From Crenobacter cavernae (GTDB taxonomy: Bacteria > Pseudomonadota > Gammaproteobacteria > Burkholderiales > Chromobacteriaceae), in assembly GCF_003355495.1 (NCBI RefSeq), contig NZ_CP031337.1:2200242-2232241 (forward strand): a stretch of DNA of 32,000 bases. The letters are read 5' to 3'. A program made the translations under genes and the position numbers. Numbering within the stretch: the first letter of the stretch is position 1; each line of letters opens with the position of its first letter. The notes under the pieces were generated by a model. The model ran no database searches. It was not told the DNA's origin and worked only from the letters and a program-made list of their open reading frames with translations. Positions 1 through 8,391 of the stretch are shown here, one piece after another.

Positions 1-519
1 CTCGATGTACAGGTGTCCACCGGTCGCGATCTGTCGATCACCGACCCCGGCGGCGTGATCTTCGGTGTGACGAGCGCGATTCCGACGCCGGTTCCTCCGC
101 CCGTTCCGCCCGCCGTCGCCGACCCGAACGCGACGACGCCGGGCAGCGAGCTCTGGCAGGCGGTGCGGCGTCTCGACGAGATCCTGAGCGCGCAGCAGGT
201 GGCGGTCCCCAGTGATCCGGCGACCGCGGTCTACCCGAGCTACGACGATAGTCTGGCCATGGTGCTGGATGGCCTCGATACCGGCCTGGATCAGTTGCTG
301 CGGGTGGACGCGAAAATCGGCGCGCGGATGAAAGAAGCCGAATCGTTGCAGACGGTGGGCGAGGACATCAACGTCCAATACGCCGCGAATATCAGCAATC
401 TGCAGGATCTGGACGTGCCGCAGGCGATCAGCGATTTCCAGCTGACGCAGACGGCCTTGCAGGCTTCGCAGAAGACCTACCAGCAGATATCGCAGCTGAG
501 CCTGTTCAACTACCTTTGA
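1..519 (+). CDS. flgL: Flagellar hook-associated protein 3 (FlgL), C-terminal part; the 5' end lies upstream of the window
   Basis: Frame 1 is open from base 1. The C-terminal helix PQAISDFQLTQTALQASQKTYQQISQLSLFNYL is typical of the flagellin/FlgL family. A strong hairpin terminator follows. Confidence 0.7.
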   Translation, partial: LDVQVSTGRDLSITDPGGVIFGVTSAIPTPVPPPVPPAVADPNATTPGSELWQAVRRLDEILSAQQVAVPSDPATAVYPSYDDSLAMVLDGLDTGLDQLLRVDAKIGARMKEAESLQTVGEDINVQYAANISNLQDLDVPQAISDFQLTQTALQASQKTYQQISQLSLFNYL

Positions 520-540
520 GCCGCTGCGCATCCGACCGAC

Positions 541-568
541 AAAAAACCCGGCTTATGCCGGGTTTTTT
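541..568. terminator. Bidirectional rho-independent terminator between flgL (+) and astE (-)
   Basis: AAAAAA, then CCCGGC, TTAT loop, GCCGGG, then TTTTTT. The stem is flanked by an A-run and a T-run. Confidence 0.8.
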
Positions 569-603
569 CATGCTAATCGCCATCCGGCGTTGGCCGAGCC
601 CTG

Positions 604-1599
604 TCAGACCAGCGCCACCGGCTCGACCACGATACCGGCCCTGAGGCCGTTCTTGACCTTGGGGTTCGGGAACAGGATGCGCTCGTCGCCGCCCTTTGCC
701 AGGTAACGCACGTCGCCGTCCTCGGCGATCAGCATGCCGTCGGGCAGCACGGTGAAGTTCTCGACCGCGTCGTCCAGGTGCAGGCGGAAAGCGTCGCTGA
801 GCTTGACGATGTCGAACTTGGCGCGAAAGCCGAGCAGCGCGTCCGGGCGCGCGTCGTCGTCGGTCTGGCCGGTGGCGATCAGCGTGCGCAGCGCATGGTC
901 GATGCCGGCGAAGCGCGAGAGGTCGTTCTGGCCGAACGGCCGCGCCTTGCCCAGTTCCAGCGTGAACGCATCGGCACCGGAACGGTGGCTGGTGCTGTAG
1001 GTGAAGGTGGAGGCGGGCGCGCTGTGCAGGAGCAGCGCTTCGACCCCGGCGGCTTCCAGCCACGCGAACTGGTCCGGGCGAGCCTTGCGGCCGTCCAGAT
1101 AAGGGCAGATCGCGAACTTTTCGAACACCGAGCCGCGGATCGCGGTGTGCAGGTCGTAGTGCAGACGCCGGCCCTGGGCCTTTTCGAAGAAACCGGTGGC
1201 CAGCGCTTCGAGCTGCACCGCGCGGCGCGCTTCGCGCGCGTCGGGGTGGCGGGCGTGCGCGCCGTTGAACAGGCGGTTGAGGTCGTAGTCGAGGTAGCGT
1301 TCGCCCGCAGCGAGCGCGGCCGGGTTACCGAGCAGCACCATCAGACGCAGCGACGGCGCGAGACGGCCGGCGATGAGGTCGGCGAGGATGGCTTCGACCA
1401 CCTCGACCGGCGCGGTCTCGTTGCCGTGGACGCCGGCCGACAGCAAGAGGTCGGCCGAGGCCACGCCGGCCGGCTCGATGACCAGCGCGCCGACGTCGAT
1501 CCAGCGCGCGGTGGCACCGCCGGGCAGCGTCCACGGTATGGAATCGGGCGTCTCGGCGGCGAGGGTGGCGGCAAGGAGGCTGAAGTCGGCTCGGGTCAT
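604..1599 (-). CDS. astE: Succinylglutamate desuccinylase / aspartoacylase family protein (AstE-like)
   Basis: Contains the zinc-site motif LLLSAGVHGNETAPVEV. Length and N-terminus (MTRADFSLLAATL...) match AstE proportions. I prefer the ATG at 1599 over the GTG at 1662. Confidence 0.8.
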   Translation of the reverse strand: MTRADFSLLAATLAAETPDSIPWTLPGGATARWIDVGALVIEPAGVASADLLLSAGVHGNETAPVEVVEAILADLIAGRLAPSLRLMVLLGNPAALAAGERYLDYDLNRLFNGAHARHPDAREARRAVQLEALATGFFEKAQGRRLHYDLHTAIRGSVFEKFAICPYLDGRKARPDQFAWLEAAGVEALLLHSAPASTFTYSTSHRSGADAFTLELGKARPFGQNDLSRFAGIDHALRTLIATGQTDDDARPDALLGFRAKFDIVKLSDAFRLHLDDAVENFTVLPDGMLIAEDGDVRYLAKGGDERILFPNPKVKNGLRAGIVVEPVALV

Positions 1600-1657
1600 G
1601 ACGGTCGGCGGTTTTGAGTGGCGGTGGATCGATTCTACCGACGCGTCCGGCAAGAAG

Positions 1658-1696
1658 AACACGCCATGCCGCGCTTTTGAACGGACATGGCGTGTT
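1658..1696 (-). terminator. Hairpin downstream of the enoyl-CoA hydratase gene (possible terminator)
   Basis: 11-bp stem AACACGCCATG / CATGGCGTGTT with a 17-nt loop. On the minus strand it is followed by CTTCTTG, a weak U-tract. Confidence 0.4.
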
Positions 1697-1711
1697 TCTG
1701 AAGGGCTGGCG

Positions 1712-2497
1712 TCAGTCGGCGACCCAGCCGGGCTTGCGCTGCTCGAGGAAGGCGCGGATGCCTTCGCGGCCTTCGGCGCTGGCGCACACTCGTGCGATGC
1801 GTTCGATGGCGAGCGCCGTGCTTTGCTCGCCGACCGGCAAAGGCGCCAGGTCGCGCACCAAGATCTTGACTTCGCGCATCGCCTGCGGACTGTTCAGCAG
1901 CAGTTGTTCGACGAGGTAATGGATGGTGGCGTCGAGCTCTTCGTGTTCGACGTCCTGGTGGATCAGGCCGAGCCGCTTGGCCTTGCCGGCGTTGAAGCGT
2001 TCGCCGGTGACGAAGTAGCGGCGCGCGGCGCGCTCGCCGATCGCGCGCATCACGTAAGGCGCCGAGATCGCCGGGATCACGCCGAGGCGCACGTCGGCGA
2101 ACGAGAACAGCGCCTCCGAGGTGGCGATCGCGACGTCGCAGCAGGCGACGAGCGCCGCACCGAGGCCGAAGGCCGAGCCCTGCACACGGGCGACGGTCGG
2201 CTTGGGCAGCGTGTCGAGCGTCGCCAGCAGCCGCGACAGCAGCCGCGCGTGATGCACGAGTTCGGCCTCGTCCGAATCCACCAGGCGGCGCATCCCCTCG
2301 TGGTCGTGGCCGGCCGAGAAGCTGATGCCGCTGCCGGTGAGGACGACGACGCGTACCGTGGGGTCTTCGGCCAGGGTTTCGAAGGTGGCGATCAACAGGT
2401 CAGCGCTGCCGTCGTCGAGCGCGTTATGCAGCTCGGGACGGTTGAGGGTGACGGTCGCCACGCCGCGCGCGTCGACCGAAAGGCGTACCTCGTCCAT
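1712..2497 (-). CDS. Enoyl-CoA hydratase/isomerase (crotonase) family protein
   Basis: 261-aa ORF. Crotonase fold signatures: VATVTLNRPELHNAL, VVVLTGSG.SFSAG, GSAFGLGAALVACCDV. Confidence 0.85.
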   Translation of the reverse strand: MDEVRLSVDARGVATVTLNRPELHNALDDGSADLLIATFETLAEDPTVRVVVLTGSGISFSAGHDHEGMRRLVDSDEAELVHHARLLSRLLATLDTLPKPTVARVQGSAFGLGAALVACCDVAIATSEALFSFADVRLGVIPAISAPYVMRAIGERAARRYFVTGERFNAGKAKRLGLIHQDVEHEELDATIHYLVEQLLLNSPQAMREVKILVRDLAPLPVGEQSTALAIERIARVCASAEGREGIRAFLEQRKPGWVAD

Positions 2498-2533
2498 ATG
2501 CGGCTCTCCTTGGATGTGTTGTCGATGTCATAT

Positions 2534-2561
2534 CTTGGCCGAAAGCGATCGTCCGGCCAAG
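2534..2561. repeat. Degenerate REP-like palindrome (CTTGGCCG ... CGGCCAAG)
   Basis: 8-bp arms CTTGGCCG / CGGCCAAG around a 12-nt loop in the hydrolase/hydratase intergenic gap. It shares the TTGGCCGA core with the main REP family. Confidence 0.4.
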
Positions 2562-2567
2562 CCCCGC

Positions 2568-3359
2568 TCATTGCGCCGGGCAGAACGCCTCGAGCGCGCG
2601 CGCGAAGAGGTCGGGCGCCTCCAGATGCAGCGCGTGCCCGGTGGACGGCAGGCGCACGAAGTCGGCGTGCGGAATGCCACGCGCGAGCAGTTCGGCCTGG
2701 TAGAGCGGGGTGAGCCGGTCTTCGTCGCCGACGATCACGCGCGTCGGCATCGTGAAGCTGTCGAGCCAGGTGCGCGCGTCGTGCAGCCGGACGCCGTTGA
2801 TCAGGCGGACCACCGAAGGCCAGTCGGCGAGGCCGGCCATGATCTTCAGTTCGGGCAACAGCGCGTAGTGCTGGCTCAGGTAGCGGCTGGAGAACAGCCA
2901 GGGCAGGCTGACGGTGAAGCGCAGATCGAGTCCGCCCAGCTGGTGCGCGGCGATCCAGCTCTCGGCGATCTGGTTGTTGGCGTCGTCGGACCAAGCGAGC
3001 GTAGCCGCGAGCACCAGGTGGTCGACCTTGTCCGGGTGGCGCCGCGCGAAGTGCTGCGCGACCATCCCCCCATACGACAGCCCGGCGACGTGGACCTTGG
3101 TCAGCCCCAGCACGTCGAGCAGGTGGGCGGCGTGGTCGGCCTGGTCGGCCAGCAGGTAGGCGTCGATCGCCGGCTTGTCGCTCTGCCCCTGGCCGAGGAA
3201 GTCGAGGCGGATCACCTGGTAGTGCGCCTCGAGTTGCGGCAGCAACAGCGCCCACGCCACGGTCGACATGGTGATGCCGTTCATCAACAACAACGGCCGT
3301 TTGCCGTGGCCGCTGCTCTCGTAATACAGCCGGTGCGTTCCCGCGCTCACGAAAGGCAT
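2568..3359 (-). CDS. Alpha/beta-fold hydrolase
   Basis: Nucleophile elbow GLSYGG and C-terminal His (STGHALHLE). I chose the start at 3359 because AAGGA lies 6 nt upstream (AAGGACAACATCATG). Confidence 0.85.
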   Translation of the reverse strand: MPFVSAGTHRLYYESSGHGKRPLLLMNGITMSTVAWALLLPQLEAHYQVIRLDFLGQGQSDKPAIDAYLLADQADHAAHLLDVLGLTKVHVAGLSYGGMVAQHFARRHPDKVDHLVLAATLAWSDDANNQIAESWIAAHQLGGLDLRFTVSLPWLFSSRYLSQHYALLPELKIMAGLADWPSVVRLINGVRLHDARTWLDSFTMPTRVIVGDEDRLTPLYQAELLARGIPHADFVRLPSTGHALHLEAPDLFARALEAFCPAQ

Positions 3360-3431
3360 GATGTTGTCCTTAGTTACCGCCGTTTCTTGCAGCATAGATC
3401 GGTTTTATGCCCGCCGGGCGCATCGGTGCGC

Positions 3432-3463
3432 AAAAAATGCCGCCTTGTGTCGACAGGGCGGCA
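3432..3463 (-). terminator. Orphan rho-independent terminator on the minus strand inside the divergent promoter region
   Basis: Plus strand reads AAAAAA-TGCCGCCTTGT-GTCG-ACAGGGCGGCA. On the minus strand this is an 11-bp stem (one G-U pair) followed by U6. No minus-strand ORF lies upstream of it. Confidence 0.55.
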
Positions 3464-3537
3464 GGGTATGTCAAGAAACGGTCATCTGCCCGGGCTACAG
3501 TCGCTTATCCGATTTTGTTACATCGTTTCGTCGCCTT

Positions 3538-4611
3538 ATGACGAACGTTATCCTTATGACCGATCTTGCCGCAGGCGCCACGCCGCGCTGTACCGAACTC
3601 GAACTCATTATCCATGAGCGCAGGCTGTCACCGGTGTTCCAGCCCATCGTCGACCTCGAATCCGGCCGCATCCTCGGTTACGAGGGGCTGATCCGCGGCC
3701 CGTCGAACAGCAGCCTGCATTCGCCGGTCAAGCTGTTCAGCCGTGCCGCCGAGTGCAGGCTGACCCTGGCGCTCGACCGCGCTTGCCGCCGCGTGACGGT
3801 AGAGCGCTTCACCGAGCTGCAACTGCCCGGCCGGCTGTTCCTCAACATCAGCCCCGATTCTCTCTTGGCGCCCGAGCACCGGCGCGGCGAGACGCTGGCC
3901 TTCGTCGGCTTGCTGGGCTTATCGCCCGAGCGCGTCGTGATGGAGCTGACCGAGACCAAGCCGAACGCCGCCTACCAGGCGCTGCGCGAGGCGACCGATC
4001 ACTACCGCGACGACGGCTTCCTGATCGCGCTCGACGACCTGGGCGAGGGCTTTTCCAACCTGAGGCTGTGGTCGGAACTGCGGCCCGACTTCGTCAAGCT
4101 CGACAAGCACTTCGTGCAGAACATCCACCACGACCCGCTGAAGGAGCAGTTCGTCAGGTCTTTGGTCGACATCGCGCGCAAGTCGGGCGCGAAGCTGGTC
4201 GCCGAGGGGATCGAGTCGGTCGCCGAGCTCAGGACCTTGCGCCGTCTCGGCGTGCAGTACGGCCAGGGCTATCTGATCGCGCGGCCGAGTCCGGTGCCGG
4301 CGCTCGAACTGCAGGCGTCGATCGACGGCGTCGCCTGGCAGAGCGGGCGCGCGAGGCTCGGCCAACGTCAGCAGCCGGTCGCGCGCGACCTCCTGGTCGA
4401 GGTCGCGCCGTTGCCGGCCGATGCGCCGACCGAGGAGGCGTACCGGCGCTTCGCCGACGACGCGGCGTTGTTCGCGATCCCGGTGCTCGAGAATGACGTG
4501 CCGGTCGGCTTGCTGCGCCGTCATCACCTGCTGGAGAGCTTCGCGCGGCCGTTCAACCGCGAGCTCTACGGCAAGAAGCCGCGCCGCGTGATGATGGACA
4601 AGCAGCCCTGA
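3538..4611 (+). CDS. EAL-domain c-di-GMP phosphodiesterase plus first CBS motif; the 5' part of an apparently frame-disrupted EAL-CBS-GGDEF gene
   Basis: EAL signatures: FQPIVDL, ELTE, DDLGEGFSNL, KLDKHFV, AEGIES, QGYLIARP. The ORF stops at TGA 4609-4611 in the middle of a CBS pair. The start could be 3538 or 3556. Confidence 0.8.
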   Translation: MTNVILMTDLAAGATPRCTELELIIHERRLSPVFQPIVDLESGRILGYEGLIRGPSNSSLHSPVKLFSRAAECRLTLALDRACRRVTVERFTELQLPGRLFLNISPDSLLAPEHRRGETLAFVGLLGLSPERVVMELTETKPNAAYQALREATDHYRDDGFLIALDDLGEGFSNLRLWSELRPDFVKLDKHFVQNIHHDPLKEQFVRSLVDIARKSGAKLVAEGIESVAELRTLRRLGVQYGQGYLIARPSPVPALELQASIDGVAWQSGRARLGQRQQPVARDLLVEVAPLPADAPTEEAYRRFADDAALFAIPVLENDVPVGLLRRHHLLESFARPFNRELYGKKPRRVMMDKQP

Positions 4612-4625
4612 TCGTCGCCGCCGAC

Positions 4626-5312
4626 ATGAACCTGCACGAGCTGTCCGGCCTCGTCGTCGCCGCCGAGCGGCGCTACCTGGTCGACGGTTTCATCCTCGCC
4701 GAAGACGGGCGTTACCTCGGCATGGGCACCGGCTACGAGCTGATGCGCAAGATCACCGAACTGCAGATCTCGGCGGCGCGCTACGCGAACCCGCTGACCG
4801 GCCTGCCGGGCAACGTGCCGATCAACGAGACGATAGACCGGCTGATCGAGGCCGAGCAGCCGTTCATGGTCGCCTACGTCGACCTCGACCACTTCAAGCC
4901 GTTCAACGACCTGTACGGCTATTCGGCCGGCGACGAGCTGATCGAACTGGTCGGCCGGCTGCTGACCGACACCGCCGACGCCGAGCGCGACTTCGTCGGC
5001 CACGTCGGCGGCGACGACTTCGTCGTGCTGTTGCAGAGCCAGGACTGGCGCGAGCGGCTCGAGGGCGCGATCGCCGCCTTCGACGCGGCGGTGCCGGACT
5101 CCTTCCACGGCGAGCATCGCGAGGCCGGCGGGTTCGAGGTGGTCGGGCGCAGCGGCGAGGTGGCTTTCTTCCCGCTGACCGGCGTGTCGATCGGCGCGCT
5201 CAGGGTCGGGGCGGGGCGCTTCCCTTCGCACCACGAGGTCGCCTCGGCGGCGGCCGACGCCAAGCATCAGGCGAAGAAGCACAGCGGCAGCAGCCTGTAC
5301 GCGGTCGAGTAG
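4626..5312 (+). CDS. Second CBS motif plus GGDEF-like domain (GGDDF); the 3' part of the same disrupted gene
   Basis: Contains NPLTGLPGN, DLDHFKPFNDLYGYSAGDE and HVGGDDFVVLL. The reading frame is open upstream of the ATG (LIVAAD) back to base 4608. Confidence 0.8.
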   Translation: MNLHELSGLVVAAERRYLVDGFILAEDGRYLGMGTGYELMRKITELQISAARYANPLTGLPGNVPINETIDRLIEAEQPFMVAYVDLDHFKPFNDLYGYSAGDELIELVGRLLTDTADAERDFVGHVGGDDFVVLLQSQDWRERLEGAIAAFDAAVPDSFHGEHREAGGFEVVGRSGEVAFFPLTGVSIGALRVGAGRFPSHHEVASAAADAKHQAKKHSGSSLYAVE

Positions 5313-5364
5313 CAGACCGGCAGATCGGTACGCGATGGTTCGATATATTTTTAAAAACAATCGA

Positions 5365-5393
5365 TTAGAACGAGATTGTCGCATTTGTATAAA
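5365..5393 (+). promoter_or_regulatory. Candidate sigma-70 promoter (TTAGAA-17 nt-TATAAA) in an AT-rich intergenic region
   Basis: TTAGAA at 5365-5370, a 17-nt spacer, then TATAAA at 5388-5393. It lies about 55 nt upstream of an orphan terminator. Confidence 0.3.
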
Positions 5394-5399
5394 TAAGCG

Positions 5400-5468
5400 G
5401 CGCATATTTGCGTAAACGAAAAACGACCTTTTCGCAACAGTCCGGTGCGCCGCCGGCGCAGTTTTTTT
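5400..5468 (+). ncRNA. Candidate small RNA (about 70 nt) defined by a promoter-like motif and an intrinsic terminator
   Basis: Short hairpins CGCA-TATT-TGCG and CGAAAA-CGACC-TTTTCG precede the terminator stem TGCGCC-GCC-GGCGCA and T7. No ORF is present. The 5' end is a guess. Confidence 0.25.
5446..5468 (+). terminator. Rho-independent terminator 134 nt downstream of the GGDEF ORF
   Basis: TGCGCC, GCC loop, GGCGCA, then G and TTTTTTT. Confidence 0.7.
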
Positions 5469-5565
5469 CGTCGCTTTTCTCAAGCCAAGTGCATGTTCCG
5501 TAAAGGGAAAATGGCGCGCCTGCCGTGCTGCAATAAAATCATGGCGAATTATCGTCTGTCTATGC

Positions 5566-5594
5566 TTGTCAAGCGGGGGTGCGCTTCCTACAAT
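5566..5594 (+). promoter_or_regulatory. Candidate sigma-70 promoter of speA
   Basis: TTGTCA (5566-5571), a 17-nt spacer, then TACAAT (5589-5594). This would give a leader of about 85 nt before the ATG at 5687. Confidence 0.55.
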
Positions 5595-5686
5595 CCGCGC
5601 TCGATTTTTGCTCCGACATCCTAGGCCAGCACAGTCCTTGTCCCTGCCGCGCACTAAGGAGCACCCGTTTCTCAAAAGGAAAAACG

Positions 5687-7567
5687 ATGGCTTGGACAGT
5701 GGCTGACAGCCGGAGCCTGTACGGCATCCGGCACTGGGGTTCCGGATACTTCAACGTGGCCGACGACGGCCGGCTGCACGTGCGCCCCAACGTCGACTAC
5801 GACTGCGACGTCGACCTCTACGACCTGGTGCACCGCCTCTCCGCCAAGGGCCTCGACCTGCCGCTCCTGGTGCGCTTCCCCGACATCCTGCAGGACCGCG
5901 TGACCCGGCTGTGCCGCGCGTTCGATGCTGCGATCGAAGAACAGGGCTACGGCAACCGTTACACCGCGCTCTATCCGATCAAGGTCAACCAGCAAGAGGC
6001 GGTGGTGAAGAACATCATCGCGACGCGCGACGTGTCGATCGGGCTGGAAGCCGGCTCCAAGCCCGAGCTGATGGCGGTGCTCGCCTTGGCGCCCAAGGGC
6101 GGCACGCTGGTGTGCAACGGCTACAAGGACCGCGATTTCATCAGGCTCGCGCTGATCGGCCAGAAGCTCGGTCACAACGTGTTCATCGTGATCGAGAAGG
6201 AGTCCGAGGTCGAGCTGGTGATCGAGGAGGCGAACCGCCTGAAGGTGCGCCCGCAGGTCGGCGTGCGAGTGCGTCTGTCGTCGCTCGCGTCGAGCAAGTG
6301 GGCCGACACCGGCGGCGAGAAGGGCAAGTTCGGCCTGTCGGCCGCGCAGCTTTTGTCGGTCGCGCAGCGTCTGGACGAGGCCGGCATGGGCGACTGCGTG
6401 CGGCTGTTGCACTTCCACATGGGCTCGCAGATATCGAATATCGCCGACTATAGAGCGGGGTTTCGCGAGGCGATCCGCTACTTTGGTGAACTGCGCGCGC
6501 TCGGCCTGCCGGTCGACCACGTCGACGTCGGCGGCGGCCTCGGCGTCGACTACGACGGCACGCACTCGCGCAACGCCAGCTCGATCAACTACGACATGGG
6601 CGAATACGCGCAGACCATCGTGTCGATGTTGGCCGAGTTCTGCGACGAGGCCGGCATCCCGCACCCGCGGATTCTGTCCGAATCGGGCCGCGCGATGACC
6701 GCGCACCACGCGGTGCTGATCATGAACGTCACCGACGTCGAGCGCCTGCCCGATTCGTTGCCGCAGATCGACGACGCCGAGCAGCTGTCGGTGCCGGTGA
6801 AGAAGCTGTTCGAGCTGACGCAGGGCGTCGATGCCGAGACCGTCACCGAGACCTACTACCGCGCGAGCCACTACGTCGCCGACGTCGCCGAGCAGTACGC
6901 CGAAGGGCGGATTTCGCTGACCGAGAAGGCGCTCGCCGAGCAGATGTACGCCGCGCTGTGCCGCAAGCTGCACAGCCAGGTGCAGGCGTCGCAGCGCAGC
7001 CAGCGCCAGGTGTACGACGAGCTGACCGACAAGCTCGCCGACAAGTATTTCTGCAACTTTTCGGTGTTCCAGAGCCTGCCCGACACCTGGGCGATCGACC
7101 AGGTGCTGCCGATCATGCCGATCCATAGGCTCGAAGAGCAGCCGACGCGCCGCGCGGTGCTGCAGGACCTGACCTGCGACTCGGACGGTAAGATCAAGCA
7201 CTACGTCGACGGTCAGAGCATCGAGAACAGCATGCCGGTGCATGACGTGAAGCCCGGCGGCGAGTACCTGATCGCGGCCTTCCTGGTCGGCGCCTACCAG
7301 GAGATCCTCGGCGACATGCACAACCTGTTCGGCGACACCGACTCGGTCAACGTCTACGTGCGCGAGGGCTGTCGGCTCGAATTCTCCGGCATCGAGGAGC
7401 ACGACACGATCGAGGACATGCTGCGCTACGTGCACCTGTCGCCCGAGGAGATCCTCAACCGCTACGAGGAGAAGGCGCGCTCGGCGCAGCTGTCGAGCGA
7501 GGAGCGCAACGCCTTCTTCGCCGAGTTCTGCCGCGGCCTCAAGCAGTCGTCCTACCTGTCGGTGTAG
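5687..7567 (+). CDS. speA: Biosynthetic arginine decarboxylase
   Basis: The N-terminus [22 protein letters not shown] is typical of SpeA. PLP-lysine region YPIKVNQ. 626 aa, with AAGGAAAAACG upstream of the ATG. Confidence 0.95.
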   Translation: MAWTVADSRSLYGIRHWGSGYFNVADDGRLHVRPNVDYDCDVDLYDLVHRLSAKGLDLPLLVRFPDILQDRVTRLCRAFDAAIEEQGYGNRYTALYPIKVNQQEAVVKNIIATRDVSIGLEAGSKPELMAVLALAPKGGTLVCNGYKDRDFIRLALIGQKLGHNVFIVIEKESEVELVIEEANRLKVRPQVGVRVRLSSLASSKWADTGGEKGKFGLSAAQLLSVAQRLDEAGMGDCVRLLHFHMGSQISNIADYRAGFREAIRYFGELRALGLPVDHVDVGGGLGVDYDGTHSRNASSINYDMGEYAQTIVSMLAEFCDEAGIPHPRILSESGRAMTAHHAVLIMNVTDVERLPDSLPQIDDAEQLSVPVKKLFELTQGVDAETVTETYYRASHYVADVAEQYAEGRISLTEKALAEQMYAALCRKLHSQVQASQRSQRQVYDELTDKLADKYFCNFSVFQSLPDTWAIDQVLPIMPIHRLEEQPTRRAVLQDLTCDSDGKIKHYVDGQSIENSMPVHDVKPGGEYLIAAFLVGAYQEILGDMHNLFGDTDSVNVYVREGCRLEFSGIEEHDTIEDMLRYVHLSPEEILNRYEEKARSAQLSSEERNAFFAEFCRGLKQSSYLSV

Positions 7568-7598
7568 CGTTCTTCGTCCAGCTAAAGACGCAAAAAGC

Positions 7599-7623
7599 TT
7601 GGCCGAGCTTTGAGCTCGGCCAA
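7599..7623. repeat. REP-like palindrome, inside-out arrangement (TTGGCCGAGCT-TTG-AGCTCGGCCAA)
   Basis: 11-bp perfect arms with a 3-nt loop, between the convergent speA and GYD genes. Confidence 0.8.
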
Positions 7624-7657
7624 CTATCCGACGGAGGCGCCTCCGTGTCGGTGGGGG

Positions 7658-7954
7658 CTACAGCCCGGCCTTGCCGATGATGGTGTTCATCTCGGCCATC
7701 GAGAAGGCTTTCAGCGTCTGCGTCCTCACGTTGCCGGCCGCGGCCAGGGTCAATCCGAGCGCCGTCATCGATTCGTCGTCGGGGGCCTCGAAGGTGACGA
7801 CGACGTCGTACATGCCGAGCGTCCAGTAGATGTCCTTCATTTCAATGCCATAGGTTTTGGCCGCTTCCTTGACCAGCGCCGCCCGCTTGGTGGTGTCCTT
7901 GACGTTGCGAGCCCCCTGGTCCGTGAAGTTGGCTAGAACGATATAGGTCGCCAT
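7658..7954 (-). CDS. GYD-domain protein
   Basis: MATYIVLANFTDQGARNVKDT...MYDVVVTFEAPDDES matches GYD family proportions (98 aa). GGAGA lies 6-7 nt upstream of the ATG at 7954. Confidence 0.85.
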   Translation of the reverse strand: MATYIVLANFTDQGARNVKDTTKRAALVKEAAKTYGIEMKDIYWTLGMYDVVVTFEAPDDESMTALGLTLAAAGNVRTQTLKAFSMAEMNTIIGKAGL

Positions 7955-8048
7955 GCTGGTTCTCCTTCCATCGGTGGGGTGATGCGAGCCTTTGCCGGCG
8001 CCAGAGCGCCGGCCCGCGCTATCAGCATAGAACCCACACCGGGCTCCG

Positions 8049-8204
8049 CTATGTGACGATCTTCCGGCGCGCCAATCGCTGTTCTCCGCTTGGCTCCCAG
8101 TCCACATCGGTACACAGCACCACCAGGCTTTCCTCGATTTCGAACGCGATCGACAGCGTCACGCCCGGCTGGCCGTTGCCGACGGAAGGGTAGGGCCGGC
8201 TCAT
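8049..8204 (-). CDS. Hypothetical small protein (51 aa), possibly a remnant of a larger gene
   Basis: This is the only ORF in the 7955-8391 gap with G/C-rich third codon positions. No family is recognised and no clear RBS is present. The ORF is open further upstream to 8330. Confidence 0.3.
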   Translation of the reverse strand: MSRPYPSVGNGQPGVTLSIAFEIEESLVVLCTDVDWEPSGEQRLARRKIVT

Positions 8205-8391
8205 CTGCCACTGGCCCGGCGCTGTGGTGCTTGGGCTTTCTGGACCCGTCGGCGTCAGCCTGGTGCGTCGCGCCGAACGCCCGCCGACCCGCTCGACGAA
8301 GCGGCCGGCATGGCCTTCGGGCAAACGCACCGTGAAGGTGCGTGAAGGAGAGGAGAAGCGTTGGGCGCGCCCGTCGCGGGGCGCGCGAATG

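Noticed and set aside
4606-4611. Programmed ribosomal frameshifting or phase variation at the CCC run that splits the EAL and GGDEF ORFs.
   Set aside because: A 3-nt run is too short for typical slipped-strand phase variation. No slippery heptamer or downstream stimulatory structure is evident. A mutation or a sequencing indel is the simpler explanation.
5672-7435. Very long antisense or alternative-frame ORFs from the six-frame track. Examples: 5672-7435 opposite speA, 12891-14726, 17015-18625, 1373-2713, 2325-3617, 8587-9735, 11112-12830.
   Set aside because: Their translations are Arg/Ala/Gly/Pro/His-rich with no recognisable motifs. They overlap genes with clear family signatures on the other strand or frame. 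Long stop-free frames are expected in DNA this GC-rich.
8205-8330. A longer 93-aa version of the small hypothetical ORF (start at 8330).
   Set aside because: The extra N-terminal 42 residues are Arg/Pro/Gly/Thr-rich and look non-coding. I cannot exclude it, so only the shorter ORF is listed, at low confidence.
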